NCBI GenBank assembly: GCA_009779855.1
Contig: WRBC01000005.1
Coordinates: 43,115 to 107,114 of the forward strand
Length of the DNA: 64,000 nucleotides
Direction: 5' to 3'
From: Coriobacteriia bacterium
GTDB taxonomy: Bacteria; Actinomycetota; Coriobacteriia; WRKU01; WQUG01
The notes beneath the pieces were generated by a model. That model was not told the DNA's origin, searched no databases, and worked only from the letters and a program-made list of their open reading frames with translations. Every line of letters begins with the position of its first letter. The stretch's first letter is position 1. Positions 28,795 to 37,735 of this stretch are shown here, one piece after another. The position numbers and the translations under genes are program-made.

Positions 28795-30547
28795 GAAAAA
28801 GCCCTTCATATTACCCGCAGATATTCGTCGCAAGCGTATCTTTTGGTTGCTCAGCCTTTTCTTCGTGTTTCTACTTTGTCTAGGAATGCTGCTACTTGTG
28901 CTCTTGTTGAATATGGTGCAGCCTCCTGGTTTTGGTTCTGCTGCTCCTTCGCCTGTAGCGAATTTTCAGACATCGTTTTATGGTCCGGCGGAGGCGCTTC
29001 TTAATAGACCAACAGGTGTTGCCCTTTCTCCAAGCGGGGAGCTCTATGTATCTGATACGGGCAATGCGCGCGTGATTGTTCTTGACCGGAATGGTGTTAT
29101 GTTGCGCAGCATTACAGAGTTCACTTTAGCTCTAGATGACAGCCACGCAGATACTGATTCTGAAAATGGTGATGTGCGAAGGGGATGGCAATCTGCCTCT
29201 TACACTACGCCAATCGAGGACACACCAGGTGCCTTTGTTGCCCCAACAGCATTAGCTTTTGCTGATGACGGCAGATGGTTTGCTGTGGACCAAGCACAAA
29301 GGGTACTGCTTTTCTTTGACGCAGAGGATCGGTTGTTGCAGGGGGTTACTTTTGAAGAAGAGGAGCCCATTAGTGTTGATGTGAACCTAGTTGATGAAGA
29401 GGAGCAACTTTTTGTCACAACACGTTCAGGTATCCTGCAGGGAAGCCTTGAGGGAGAATTCTTTAGTACCTACATTAATTGGGGTCTACTTTCTGGGCAA
29501 CTAGATAATCCAGCTGCGGTTGTAGTTTTTGATCCAGCCCATATGAGTGAAGAGGCATCTATTTCTGCGACTGATACGGTTCAATTAACCATTGTTGCTG
29601 ATACGCTTAATAATCGTGTTCAGGCCTTTAAAAACTTCGACACAGAGCCTGAGGTAGCCTGGATGTTTGGAAGGCCAATCCTTTCTCCTGATGCCATGGA
29701 AGAATTGGATTATGAGTTTGAAAATATGATCCTAGGATACATGTCAGCCCCAGTGGATTTAGCACTTTCCCCTCTGGGAAGGCTTTTTGTTGTAGATGGA
29801 CTGACTTCAGAAATTGTTGTTCTGAATGCGCAAACAGGGGCTTACGAATACACGGTCTCTAGCGTGGGTTCGCGGGACGGGCTACTGTACTATCCTTCAG
29901 GTGTGGACTATGCCCAGGGCAACATCTATGTTGTGGACAGATTTAATGATAGGGTGTCAGTGTTTGAGGATGCCCCACCAAGTCCTGCAGACGAAGTAGA
30001 GGAACCAGTAGAAGCCTTCAATCGTTGGTTTTTATTAGCGTTGCCAGCTGTAGCATTCTTGTTAGCGCTTCTTAGGCTATTGACCTTGCGTATACCACGT
30101 TATGTGCTGGACTTGAGTTCTTTAGAGAGCTTGTCAGAGGACGATCAAATGCTCATGTTCATAATAGAGCACTTTGACAATTTAACCATTGTGTCTGGTA
30201 CAGAATCAGTTGCTGAAAAAGTATTGCCAGGTTATGACTGGAAAGTCGAGATAGCCAAAGAAGAAAAGCGTGACACTTTGATAGAGGAGTATTCGGGACT
30301 TAATGATTTGGAAGCAGAAGCATTAGCCTTGGCCTTAAAGAAAAAGAGCCGTAGTTATCTACTGACGGCTTCATCTGCTGTTGAGCACGCAGGTAAAGAA
30401 CAAGAAGCAAAGGTCGTAACCTTTGCAGAGTTCCGTGCCGTTGCACAGGGAATTATTGCTGAAGAAAGTCTTACAAAAGAAGAGGCGGCAGCTATTCTGA
30501 AGGATGACATTTCCCCGGGTGAAGAGGCAGAGAAAGAAGCCTCATAA
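28787..30547 (+). CDS. NHL-repeat beta-propeller membrane protein with a second TM and a C-terminal cytoplasmic domain
   Basis: Signal-anchor 'IFWLLSLFFVFLLCLGMLLLVLLL'. NHL repeats ('LYVSDTGNARVIVLDRNG', 'LFVVDGLTSEIVVLN', 'NIYVVDRFNDRVSVFE'). Second TM 'WFLLALPAVAFLLALL'. ATG at 28787 overlaps the TPR gene's stop by 8 nt. Confidence 0.7.
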   Translation: MNEKKPFILPADIRRKRIFWLLSLFFVFLLCLGMLLLVLLLNMVQPPGFGSAAPSPVANFQTSFYGPAEALLNRPTGVALSPSGELYVSDTGNARVIVLDRNGVMLRSITEFTLALDDSHADTDSENGDVRRGWQSASYTTPIEDTPGAFVAPTALAFADDGRWFAVDQAQRVLLFFDAEDRLLQGVTFEEEEPISVDVNLVDEEEQLFVTTRSGILQGSLEGEFFSTYINWGLLSGQLDNPAAVVVFDPAHMSEEASISATDTVQLTIVADTLNNRVQAFKNFDTEPEVAWMFGRPILSPDAMEELDYEFENMILGYMSAPVDLALSPLGRLFVVDGLTSEIVVLNAQTGAYEYTVSSVGSRDGLLYYPSGVDYAQGNIYVVDRFNDRVSVFEDAPPSPADEVEEPVEAFNRWFLLALPAVAFLLALLRLLTLRIPRYVLDLSSLESLSEDDQMLMFIIEHFDNLTIVSGTESVAEKVLPGYDWKVEIAKEEKRDTLIEEYSGLNDLEAEALALALKKKSRSYLLTASSAVEHAGKEQEAKVVTFAEFRAVAQGIIAEESLTKEEAAAILKDDISPGEEAEKEAS

Positions 30548-30673
30548 TTGCATTAATGGACAGTGCCAATTTACTTCCTGCACTATCAATATGAGTAAAA
30601 AGATTGTATTATGTACTAGTAGGATTTTCTGTTTTTTGACGACAGTCTATTGGTTGGCTGAAAGATTAGGCAC

Positions 30674-32602
30674 ATGATGAAGAGACGTACCATCGCAATA
30701 AAGACAATCAGTCTAGTACTGATGGTTGCCTGTGCGACTGTTTTTATAGCCGCACCTGCTTTTGCGGCAAACATTAATCAAATTTCAATAACTGAACTAA
30801 GCGCAGCACTAAGTGAAGGGGAACCTGTTCCTCCTGCGCGCATGTTTAGTGAGGGACTAGATTTCGAGGCAGCAGTAAGGCTTCCCGATGTAAACGGCAG
30901 GGAAGTATACCTAAATACGGCACGGCAACTTATATATAAGGCAAGTGACGGTACCTTTTTTGATGCCAGCGTTGGTGAAAACGTGGTTCCTGCAGACCTA
31001 GTCTTCGGGCCAGCCTACATGTTCCCCAGTGACGGAAATCAATACACCTTTACTGCGGGTGAAAATCCGCACCCAGGATTTGAGCTAAGGGGTCGAGGCC
31101 CACACGGTGGTTATACAACCACTTCGGCGAAATGTGCTACCTGTCACTCTGCACACTCTGCCGTAACTACTGAAGATCCCAATGATGTTCGTGCACCAGG
31201 CTCAAGCAGCGTAAATCTTGCTTCGCGTGCTAATGCCTCGCTTACTCGTGCTGGTTCGACTGGCTGTGAGTACTGCCATTTGACCGGTACTCCTATCGGT
31301 GCAGCAGGCATGAGTTCAAGGGTTGTATACACAGGTGGCATCGAGGGCGGCACAAGTAACATGGGCGAGGACATTTCAGGCCACTCGCTTTTCCAGCCCA
31401 ATATGGTGATTCCTAATTCGGCAATGGTAGATACTAGTGGAAATCCCATTATGGTTAGCGGGCAACCTCAGCCAGTAGTGCTAACAGATGGGTTGACCTG
31501 TGCTACCTGTCATGCTGTGCACGGAAACGTGGGAACCTGGCAGCCCGAAGAGTTCTTTAGAGGGGTTGGTACGGGGACTTTCGCACAGGGTGGTGCGTTT
31601 AGCAACGATGAAACCGTTGATGAACTTTCTTATCGAATGTTGCGTGTAAGCCCAGCAGGTGTGGCGAATCCTAACATTGCTCCTGCTCCGACAGAGCCAG
31701 CAGACCCTAGTAGCCCGCTTGTGTATGCCACAGACACAAACCAAATCAATCAGTTCACTATGGGCACGTGGTGCTCAAGCTGTCATAATGCTCCTGGCAT
31801 GAATAAGGTTATGGAAAGTACCACTGCAAGTGGGGCCACCTTTGAAGAAATGATGGACTCACTACCCAGTACCTTCACGGTAAATAATGCTGACGTTCAC
31901 AGTGTAGATGGTGGTTTTGCAGCCAGCTATCCAGCGGATGCTCCAGATCTGCCAGAGGAAGCTCATCCGTCAACTTTTGTGGGTGTTTACTCGGGGCCAG
32001 GACAGTGCTATACCTGCCACCGTGGGGATTTGGGCGGACCGCTCAATGCGCAGTGGACACTTAACGGGTCACCTGTTGCAGAGTGGGAACTTGGTGCAGA
32101 GTTAGCCCCTGACCCTGATGCGCCTACGGACTTGGACACACTTGCCCGCTTCCGCGCCCTGGGTTACTTTGCTCTTGATTCAGGCACAGCGCAGCAACAG
32201 CTTGATCAGCAGGCTCGTAATCTTGCCTGTTCTAGCTGCCACTTTGGCACTGCAGATTATGCGCGCTGGTCACTTATGAGTGACTGGCCACACAGATCAG
32301 CAGACAGTGATGTCATGTTGCTAGGACTTGATTTAAACAGTACTGAACTTAGTCAAGTGGGTGACTCAGGAAATGCCACAAGACTTCCTGCAAGCCTTGC
32401 ATCAGAGCGCTTCTGTTCTCGTTGCCACATCAGCATCAACGATGCAAGTGCTGCTAATATGTTTGCTATTTCACATCACTATCTAGAGCATAACAATATT
32501 AATAATGAAGAGACTACGGTCACACTGTTTTCTCCGCTAAGTCCTGGAAATGAACCTACAGGCGCAGCAGGGTCTGGAAGTAGCATAGAGACGACTCCAT
32601 AA
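30674..32602 (+). CDS. Secreted multiheme c-type cytochrome (seven CxxCH motifs)
   Basis: Signal peptide 'ISLVLMVACATVFIAAPAFA'. CxxCH x7: CATCH, CEYCH, CATCH, CSSCH, CYTCH, CSSCH, CSRCH. Confidence 0.8.
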   Translation: MMKRRTIAIKTISLVLMVACATVFIAAPAFAANINQISITELSAALSEGEPVPPARMFSEGLDFEAAVRLPDVNGREVYLNTARQLIYKASDGTFFDASVGENVVPADLVFGPAYMFPSDGNQYTFTAGENPHPGFELRGRGPHGGYTTTSAKCATCHSAHSAVTTEDPNDVRAPGSSSVNLASRANASLTRAGSTGCEYCHLTGTPIGAAGMSSRVVYTGGIEGGTSNMGEDISGHSLFQPNMVIPNSAMVDTSGNPIMVSGQPQPVVLTDGLTCATCHAVHGNVGTWQPEEFFRGVGTGTFAQGGAFSNDETVDELSYRMLRVSPAGVANPNIAPAPTEPADPSSPLVYATDTNQINQFTMGTWCSSCHNAPGMNKVMESTTASGATFEEMMDSLPSTFTVNNADVHSVDGGFAASYPADAPDLPEEAHPSTFVGVYSGPGQCYTCHRGDLGGPLNAQWTLNGSPVAEWELGAELAPDPDAPTDLDTLARFRALGYFALDSGTAQQQLDQQARNLACSSCHFGTADYARWSLMSDWPHRSADSDVMLLGLDLNSTELSQVGDSGNATRLPASLASERFCSRCHISINDASAANMFAISHHYLEHNNINNEETTVTLFSPLSPGNEPTGAAGSGSSIETTP

Positions 32603-32687
32603 TTATAAAGTGGTTGTTATTTGATGAGGGCTGTATGAATAGCGTACAGCCCTCTCTAAATTGTTATATAAGAAAGGGAATTGTTAT

Positions 32688-33845
32688 ATGTCTTTAAAGA
32701 AGCGTTATCTGATGACACCAGGACCGACTCCTGTGCCTGCAGACATTCTGCTGTCGATGGCGAAACCTATTACTCATCATCGTACGGTGGAGTTTGAAGA
32801 GGTATTTAAGGAGGCTCGCTTAGGCTTGCAGTACATCTTTAACACAAAGAATGAAGTGCTACTTTTTGCATCAAGTGGCACAGGGGCCATGGAGAGCTCT
32901 ATTGTTAATTGTTTTAGTGCGGGGGATAGTGTCATTGTTGCGCGCAATGGAAAATTTGGAGATCGTGAAAAGCAGATTGCTGAAACCTATGGCTTAAAAG
33001 TTATTGATCTAGAATATGCCTGGGATGAAGTTGTGAAAACTGAAGACATTGCACGCGAACTTGCGACAAACCCTTCTGTGCGTGGGGTGATTGTGACTCA
33101 ATCAGAAACTTCGACAGGAGTCCTTAATCCCATTAAGGAAATCGCAGAAGTTGTACGCGGCTATGATGAAACATTAATGATTGTGGATTCTATTACTGGC
33201 ATTGGTGCTGTAGCTTGCGAGACTGATGATTGGGGTCTTGATGTGGTTATGACAGGATCGCAAAAGGGGCTTATGTTGCCGCCAGGACTTGCGGCAGTGT
33301 CAGTTTCAGAAAAGGCATGGCGTGCTGTAGAGAGGTCTACGTTGCCAAAGTTCTACTTTGACTGGAAAAAGTATCAAAAGAGCGCCGACAAGAACACGAC
33401 ACCCTTTACCCCGGTACTCACTTTAATCCAGGGGCTGAATGAAGTCTTGAAGCTAATGAGGGATGAGGGACGCGAGAATCTTATTGAGCGCCACAGCTTG
33501 CTCGCAGAAGCTGCGCGTCAGGGCGTTGAAGCAATTGGACTAAGGCTGTTTGCTCCTCCAGAGGGACGGGGTAGCGCGGTGACTCCTGTCTGGACACCAG
33601 AAGGTCTTCCTGCGGGCAAGATTGTAAAAATTATGAAAGAGGACTACGGGGTAACCATTACTAATGGCCAAGATGACTACAAGGACAGGATTTTCCGCAT
33701 TGGTCACTTAGGTTATTTTGGCATGTTTGACATCATAACTACGCTAACTGCCTTAGAAATGGCACTGACAAAACTAGGCTATGACTTCGAGCAAGGCGCA
33801 AGTATCAAGGCAGCAGAATCAGTTTTTCTGAGATCTCACGTCTAG
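32688..33845 (+). CDS. Class-V aminotransferase (SerC-type phosphoserine / serine-pyruvate aminotransferase family)
   Basis: 'LMTPGPTPVP' N-terminus is typical of the AGXT/class-V SerC family. Immediately upstream of serA. RBS AAGGGAA. Confidence 0.8.
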   Translation: MSLKKRYLMTPGPTPVPADILLSMAKPITHHRTVEFEEVFKEARLGLQYIFNTKNEVLLFASSGTGAMESSIVNCFSAGDSVIVARNGKFGDREKQIAETYGLKVIDLEYAWDEVVKTEDIARELATNPSVRGVIVTQSETSTGVLNPIKEIAEVVRGYDETLMIVDSITGIGAVACETDDWGLDVVMTGSQKGLMLPPGLAAVSVSEKAWRAVERSTLPKFYFDWKKYQKSADKNTTPFTPVLTLIQGLNEVLKLMRDEGRENLIERHSLLAEAARQGVEAIGLRLFAPPEGRGSAVTPVWTPEGLPAGKIVKIMKEDYGVTITNGQDDYKDRIFRIGHLGYFGMFDIITTLTALEMALTKLGYDFEQGASIKAAESVFLRSHV

Positions 33846-33886
33846 AACACGCTTGTTACACAGACACTTTAAATGAGAGGACTTTT

Positions 33887-34807
33887 GTGAAAATTCTAGT
33901 GGCAGACAAGGTAAATCAAGCAGGTATTGACTACTTAGCAGATGCTGGTTATGAAGTTGAGGTAAAGGTTGGTCTAAGCCCAGAGCAGCTTGCTGCAGAG
34001 ATTCCTGGTTATGATGCCCTGGCAGTGCGCAGTGCTGTCCAGGTAACGCGCGAAATTATAGAGGCAGGTACAAGCCTTAAGGTGATTGGTCGCGCTGGTG
34101 TAGGTACCGATAATATTGACAAAGAGGCTGCTGCAGAACAGGGCATTGCAGTGGTGAACACCCCTGCGGCAAATGTTGTTTCGGCTGCAGAGCAAACCTT
34201 TGCCTTGATGCTGGCCTGCGCGCGTAATACAGCACAGGCTAACGCTAGCATGCATGCAGGGCGGTGGGATCGTTCAGAGTTTACAGGACTTGAGTTGTGC
34301 GGTCGTACTTTAGGCATCATTGGTTTTGGAAAGATTGGTGCTTTACTAGCGCAGCGTGCTAAAGCTTTTGGCATGACCATCCATGCCTATGACCCTTACG
34401 CTGATTCTGACTTTGTTACACAACATGATGCGATACTATTGCCAACCCTTGATGAGTTAATTTGTACTTCAGACGTTATCTCAGTTCATTTGCCAAAGAC
34501 TCCAGAAACGACAGGAATGATTTGTGCAGATCAAATCGATAAAATGAAGGATGATGTCATAATCCTTAATGTGGCACGCGGAGGGATTTGCAACGAGACC
34601 GCACTGCTCGCAGGACTTGAGAGTGGGAAGATCTGGGCAGTCGGGATAGACGTTTTTGATCCAGAGCCACCTGTAGATTGTCCCTTGGCAGGCTGCGATA
34701 GGGCAGTGCTCACTCCTCATTTGGGGGCCTCAACTAAAGAGGCACAGGTGCGAGCAGGAGTTCAGGTAGCAGAGGCAATAGTGGACGAGTTAAAGAAATT
34801 CAGCTAA
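33887..34807 (+). CDS. serA: D-3-phosphoglycerate dehydrogenase (short form, no ACT domain)
   Basis: GTG start. NAD-binding 'GIIGFGKIGALLA'. 2-hydroxyacid dehydrogenase catalytic 'NVARGG' with downstream His. Confidence 0.8.
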   Translation: MKILVADKVNQAGIDYLADAGYEVEVKVGLSPEQLAAEIPGYDALAVRSAVQVTREIIEAGTSLKVIGRAGVGTDNIDKEAAAEQGIAVVNTPAANVVSAAEQTFALMLACARNTAQANASMHAGRWDRSEFTGLELCGRTLGIIGFGKIGALLAQRAKAFGMTIHAYDPYADSDFVTQHDAILLPTLDELICTSDVISVHLPKTPETTGMICADQIDKMKDDVIILNVARGGICNETALLAGLESGKIWAVGIDVFDPEPPVDCPLAGCDRAVLTPHLGASTKEAQVRAGVQVAEAIVDELKKFS

Positions 34808-34842
34808 ACTGTCTTTCGCAGCACTTGCAGCTGCAATCACAT

Positions 34843-34918
34843 GCGCGATTAGCTCAGCTGGGAGAGCACTTGCCCGACACGCAAGGGGTCACTGGTTCAA
34901 GTCCAGTATCGCGCACCA
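34843..34918 (+). tRNA. tRNA, most likely tRNA-Val (anticodon GAC); 76 nt including encoded CCA
   Basis: Acceptor stem GCGCGAT/ATCGCGC, D-arm 'AGCTCAGCTGGGAGAGC', T-arm 'GGTTCAAGTCC', 3' ACCA. Anticodon stem CTTGC/GCAAG with loop CCGACAC. Confidence 0.8.
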
Positions 34919-34929
34919 TTTAAAACAGT

Positions 34930-34975
34930 ACCCCGCATGCCTCTCTATGACGCGAACCAGGCGGGGTCTTTTTGT
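34930..34975 (+). terminator. Putative intrinsic terminator after the tRNA
   Basis: Stem ACCCCGC (34930-36) pairing with GCGGGGT (34961-67) over a large loop, followed by a TTTTT run. Confidence 0.35.
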
Positions 34976-35141
34976 TTATTTGTGGAGGCTTGGCTTATAG
35001 GACAAAATGCGTATCTGAGCATTAACTTCACTCAAGCCCGTTGTGACTTCTCTGATTTTGGCAACAGTTGAGATAAGTTTAATCACCCATCAAGACACAG
35101 TGTAATAATTGCATCTTGTTGTTTTGAAAGGGTGTTTATCT

Positions 35142-36941
35142 ATGAAAAAGTATATTGTGTGGATATGTGCGGCCTTGGGAAGTGCTGCCGTTGTTGAACT
35201 TTTCTTCTTTTCTCCCCCTGCACTGGGCTGGACCTTACTCTTCTTGATTTGTCTGGTACTGTACTTTGTATGTTATGGGGTAAAAGAATTTCCTAAAGCG
35301 GTTGACTGGGCTTTAATTGCGACGATAGTAGGCCTGGCGTTGCCTTTTACTCTTTTTAATAACGCGCCCCTGCGCTGGTTCAATTTTATTGCAATCACTA
35401 TCTGTCTGCTTGTTTTGTTTTTGCGCAGAATCGTTCCAGAGGACACAGGCTGGGACAAGCTTGCTTTTTATGGTGAGATGTTTGCTGGCGCAGTCGTAAG
35501 ACCGTTTGCTTATATTGTTCATCCTTGGCGTGAGAGTTTTAATGCTCGCCGTACAGCTGCAGTTCCTACTCCCGTCTCTGCTGTAGATGCAGCTGTACCT
35601 CCTGTGGCTGATGCAGGCATGTACGCAGAAGCAGGGGCAAATCCCGTTTTTCCAAACCCAGCCATTCATGGGCAGTACCCTGATACTGAGCGTGTTGCAC
35701 GGTCAAAACGCAGGCAGGCTATAGCCCTTCAGGTTTCGTTGGCTTTGCTCGTGGCAGTGCCACTACTCACTATTTTAGGTAGCTTTCTTTATAGTTCTGA
35801 TCCAGTGTTTGCCGCGCTTGTTGATGGGGTAGTGCGCTTTATTGTTAACTTAAATATTGGAACCATTCTTTTGCATGCAAGCATCATGGTGCTAATTTTT
35901 CCTTTCGCCCTCAGTTTTTTCTGGTCGTTCAATAAGGGGAAGCTTGTTACGATTAGACCAAAAGTGCCACAGAATCATGTTCAGGCTCCCCCTGAAAAGA
36001 AGGCAAAGTTTAAATTGCCCTCAATTTTTTCTGCGACCTTGCTGCTGCTGATTAACTTAATGTATTTTGTTTATGCTGTTGTACAATTTCGTTTTCTTTT
36101 TGCAGGGACAAGCGGAACCCTGCCAGAAGGACTGAGTTTAATCTATGCAGAATATGCTCGTAGTGGCTTCTTTGAACTAGTGACTCTTGCTATTTTCAAT
36201 TTTGTTCTTATTGCGATAAGTGCCTACTTTACCCATCGTGAGGGTCGCGCAGGTGTTGTGCTTCGCATTCTTACTATCACCTTAGTGGCTCTTTCAACCA
36301 TTCAGCTTGCTTCTGCGACTTCTCGGATGGATCTTTACATTCAGACCTTTGGTCTTAGTCAGCTACGTCTTTTTGTACTGGCCTATATCGCATTTATTGC
36401 TGTGGTGTTTGTGCTCTTCATAATCCGTGAATTGTTATCAAAGCGAGCAACACCCTTGTTTAAGGCAGCTGCTTTTTCTGCCCTTGTACTCCTGTTGGGC
36501 ATGAACTATATAGTGCCGGATGCTTTGATTGCTCGCTACAATATTGATCGCCAAATCGCAGGTGAGTTAAAGGTTCAGAGGTTTGACTTTAACTATTACG
36601 CTTACCAATTGTCTTTTGACTCTACAAGAGTGCTTCTTGAAAATGAGCAACGTCTACTTGAGGCAAAACCAGAACTTGAATCTGACTTTAGAAGATTACA
36701 TAGCGCACTTTCAAGGACAAGGGCAGATGTTCCTTCCATGCGTCCGACCCAAGGACAGTGGGGCTATTTCTCTAGTTACAGGGTCTGGGGTCTAGATGAA
36801 AAGGAGTCTTTTTATGTAGCGGGTAATAACAGAATGCCCTTTATGGAAAGAGAGCGCTACGACAATACCTGGCGTAGTTTCAACTTAAGTAGTGAGAGAC
36901 TTTTCAGGATGGCTGACGCTCGTAGTGAGGCAATCTATTAG
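35142..36941 (+). CDS. Large polytopic membrane protein (DUF4153/DUF4173-like, at least 12 TM)
   Basis: About 600 aa dominated by hydrophobic helices. ATG at 35142 with RBS GAAAGGG. No catalytic motif recognised. Confidence 0.55.
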   Translation: MKKYIVWICAALGSAAVVELFFFSPPALGWTLLFLICLVLYFVCYGVKEFPKAVDWALIATIVGLALPFTLFNNAPLRWFNFIAITICLLVLFLRRIVPEDTGWDKLAFYGEMFAGAVVRPFAYIVHPWRESFNARRTAAVPTPVSAVDAAVPPVADAGMYAEAGANPVFPNPAIHGQYPDTERVARSKRRQAIALQVSLALLVAVPLLTILGSFLYSSDPVFAALVDGVVRFIVNLNIGTILLHASIMVLIFPFALSFFWSFNKGKLVTIRPKVPQNHVQAPPEKKAKFKLPSIFSATLLLLINLMYFVYAVVQFRFLFAGTSGTLPEGLSLIYAEYARSGFFELVTLAIFNFVLIAISAYFTHREGRAGVVLRILTITLVALSTIQLASATSRMDLYIQTFGLSQLRLFVLAYIAFIAVVFVLFIIRELLSKRATPLFKAAAFSALVLLLGMNYIVPDALIARYNIDRQIAGELKVQRFDFNYYAYQLSFDSTRVLLENEQRLLEAKPELESDFRRLHSALSRTRADVPSMRPTQGQWGYFSSYRVWGLDEKESFYVAGNNRMPFMERERYDNTWRSFNLSSERLFRMADARSEAIY

Positions 36942-37698
36942 TGCTCCGCGCTTTATAACAAGCAGGGATAATGACTTTTTTAAGCAGATAAAGTCATATC
37001 AGCTAGCGAAGTATCGCAAGCAAGACAATTGTTTTCTTGCAGAGGGCGAGAAAGTCTACCATGAGGCCTGTCGAAAACTGAAATTGCGGTACACCATTGT
37101 TAGTGAAAGTTACTTTCTTGCGCATCCTTATGTTGCAGGTGATGATGCAGCTAAGGCATCGGTTTTCGCTGACAATATTTTTGAGTCGGTGTCTGACCTT
37201 AAGACAAACCAAGGTATCTTAGGCATTTTTGAATTGCCCGTCTTTAACCTAGAGATATCTAGGTTAAGTAGAGTGGCTTTACTGGAAAAGGTGCAAGACC
37301 CTAAAAATGTTGGTGCCATAATTCGCAATGCGCATTGCTTAGGTTACGAGGCAGTGTTTTTGGATGAGGACTGCGCCGCACCTTTTTCACCTAAAGTAAT
37401 CAGGTCGTCAATGGGGTCAGTTTTTCATGTGCCTGTATTGAGCGGTGATATACTGCAACATATTCAAGAATTAAAAAGTGCTGGATTCGCCTTGGTGGGA
37501 ACCACTTTGGCAGGTAAAGAAGAAGTGCAAACTGCAGACAAGGTTGCCCTTCTGGTAGGCAATGAGGGTGGCGGATTAAGTAATCAAGCGCTAGCGCTTT
37601 GCGATTATCTATTTAGGATAAAGATGAATCCTGAAGCGGAGAGCCTTAATGCCGCAGTGGCAAGTGGTATTGCCATGTATCTGTTTAATAATGCTTAG
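36892..37698 (+). CDS. TrmH/SpoU-family RNA 2'-O-methyltransferase
   Basis: SpoU motifs 'LLVGNEGGGLS' and 'SLNAAVASGIAMY'. Start uncertain; overlaps the upstream gene by 50 nt. Confidence 0.75.
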   Translation: MRDFSGWLTLVVRQSISAPRFITSRDNDFFKQIKSYQLAKYRKQDNCFLAEGEKVYHEACRKLKLRYTIVSESYFLAHPYVAGDDAAKASVFADNIFESVSDLKTNQGILGIFELPVFNLEISRLSRVALLEKVQDPKNVGAIIRNAHCLGYEAVFLDEDCAAPFSPKVIRSSMGSVFHVPVLSGDILQHIQELKSAGFALVGTTLAGKEEVQTADKVALLVGNEGGGLSNQALALCDYLFRIKMNPEAESLNAAVASGIAMYLFNNA

Positions 37699-37735
37699 CG
37701 GACTATGAGGGTCAGGTAGGCTGAAAGGATAAGTA

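Noticed and set aside
34843-35140. tRNA as a possible integration site for a mobile element
   Set aside because: No integrase, recombinase or phage/plasmid gene on either side, and I found no direct repeat of the tRNA 3' end downstream. The flanking genes are housekeeping (serA, membrane protein, TrmH, RmuC).
36892-36941. 50-nt overlap between the large membrane-protein gene and the TrmH gene as a possible frameshift or pseudogene
   Set aside because: Both reading frames are intact with plausible termini. The TrmH start is simply uncertain (an internal alternative start is possible) and there is no evidence of disruption.
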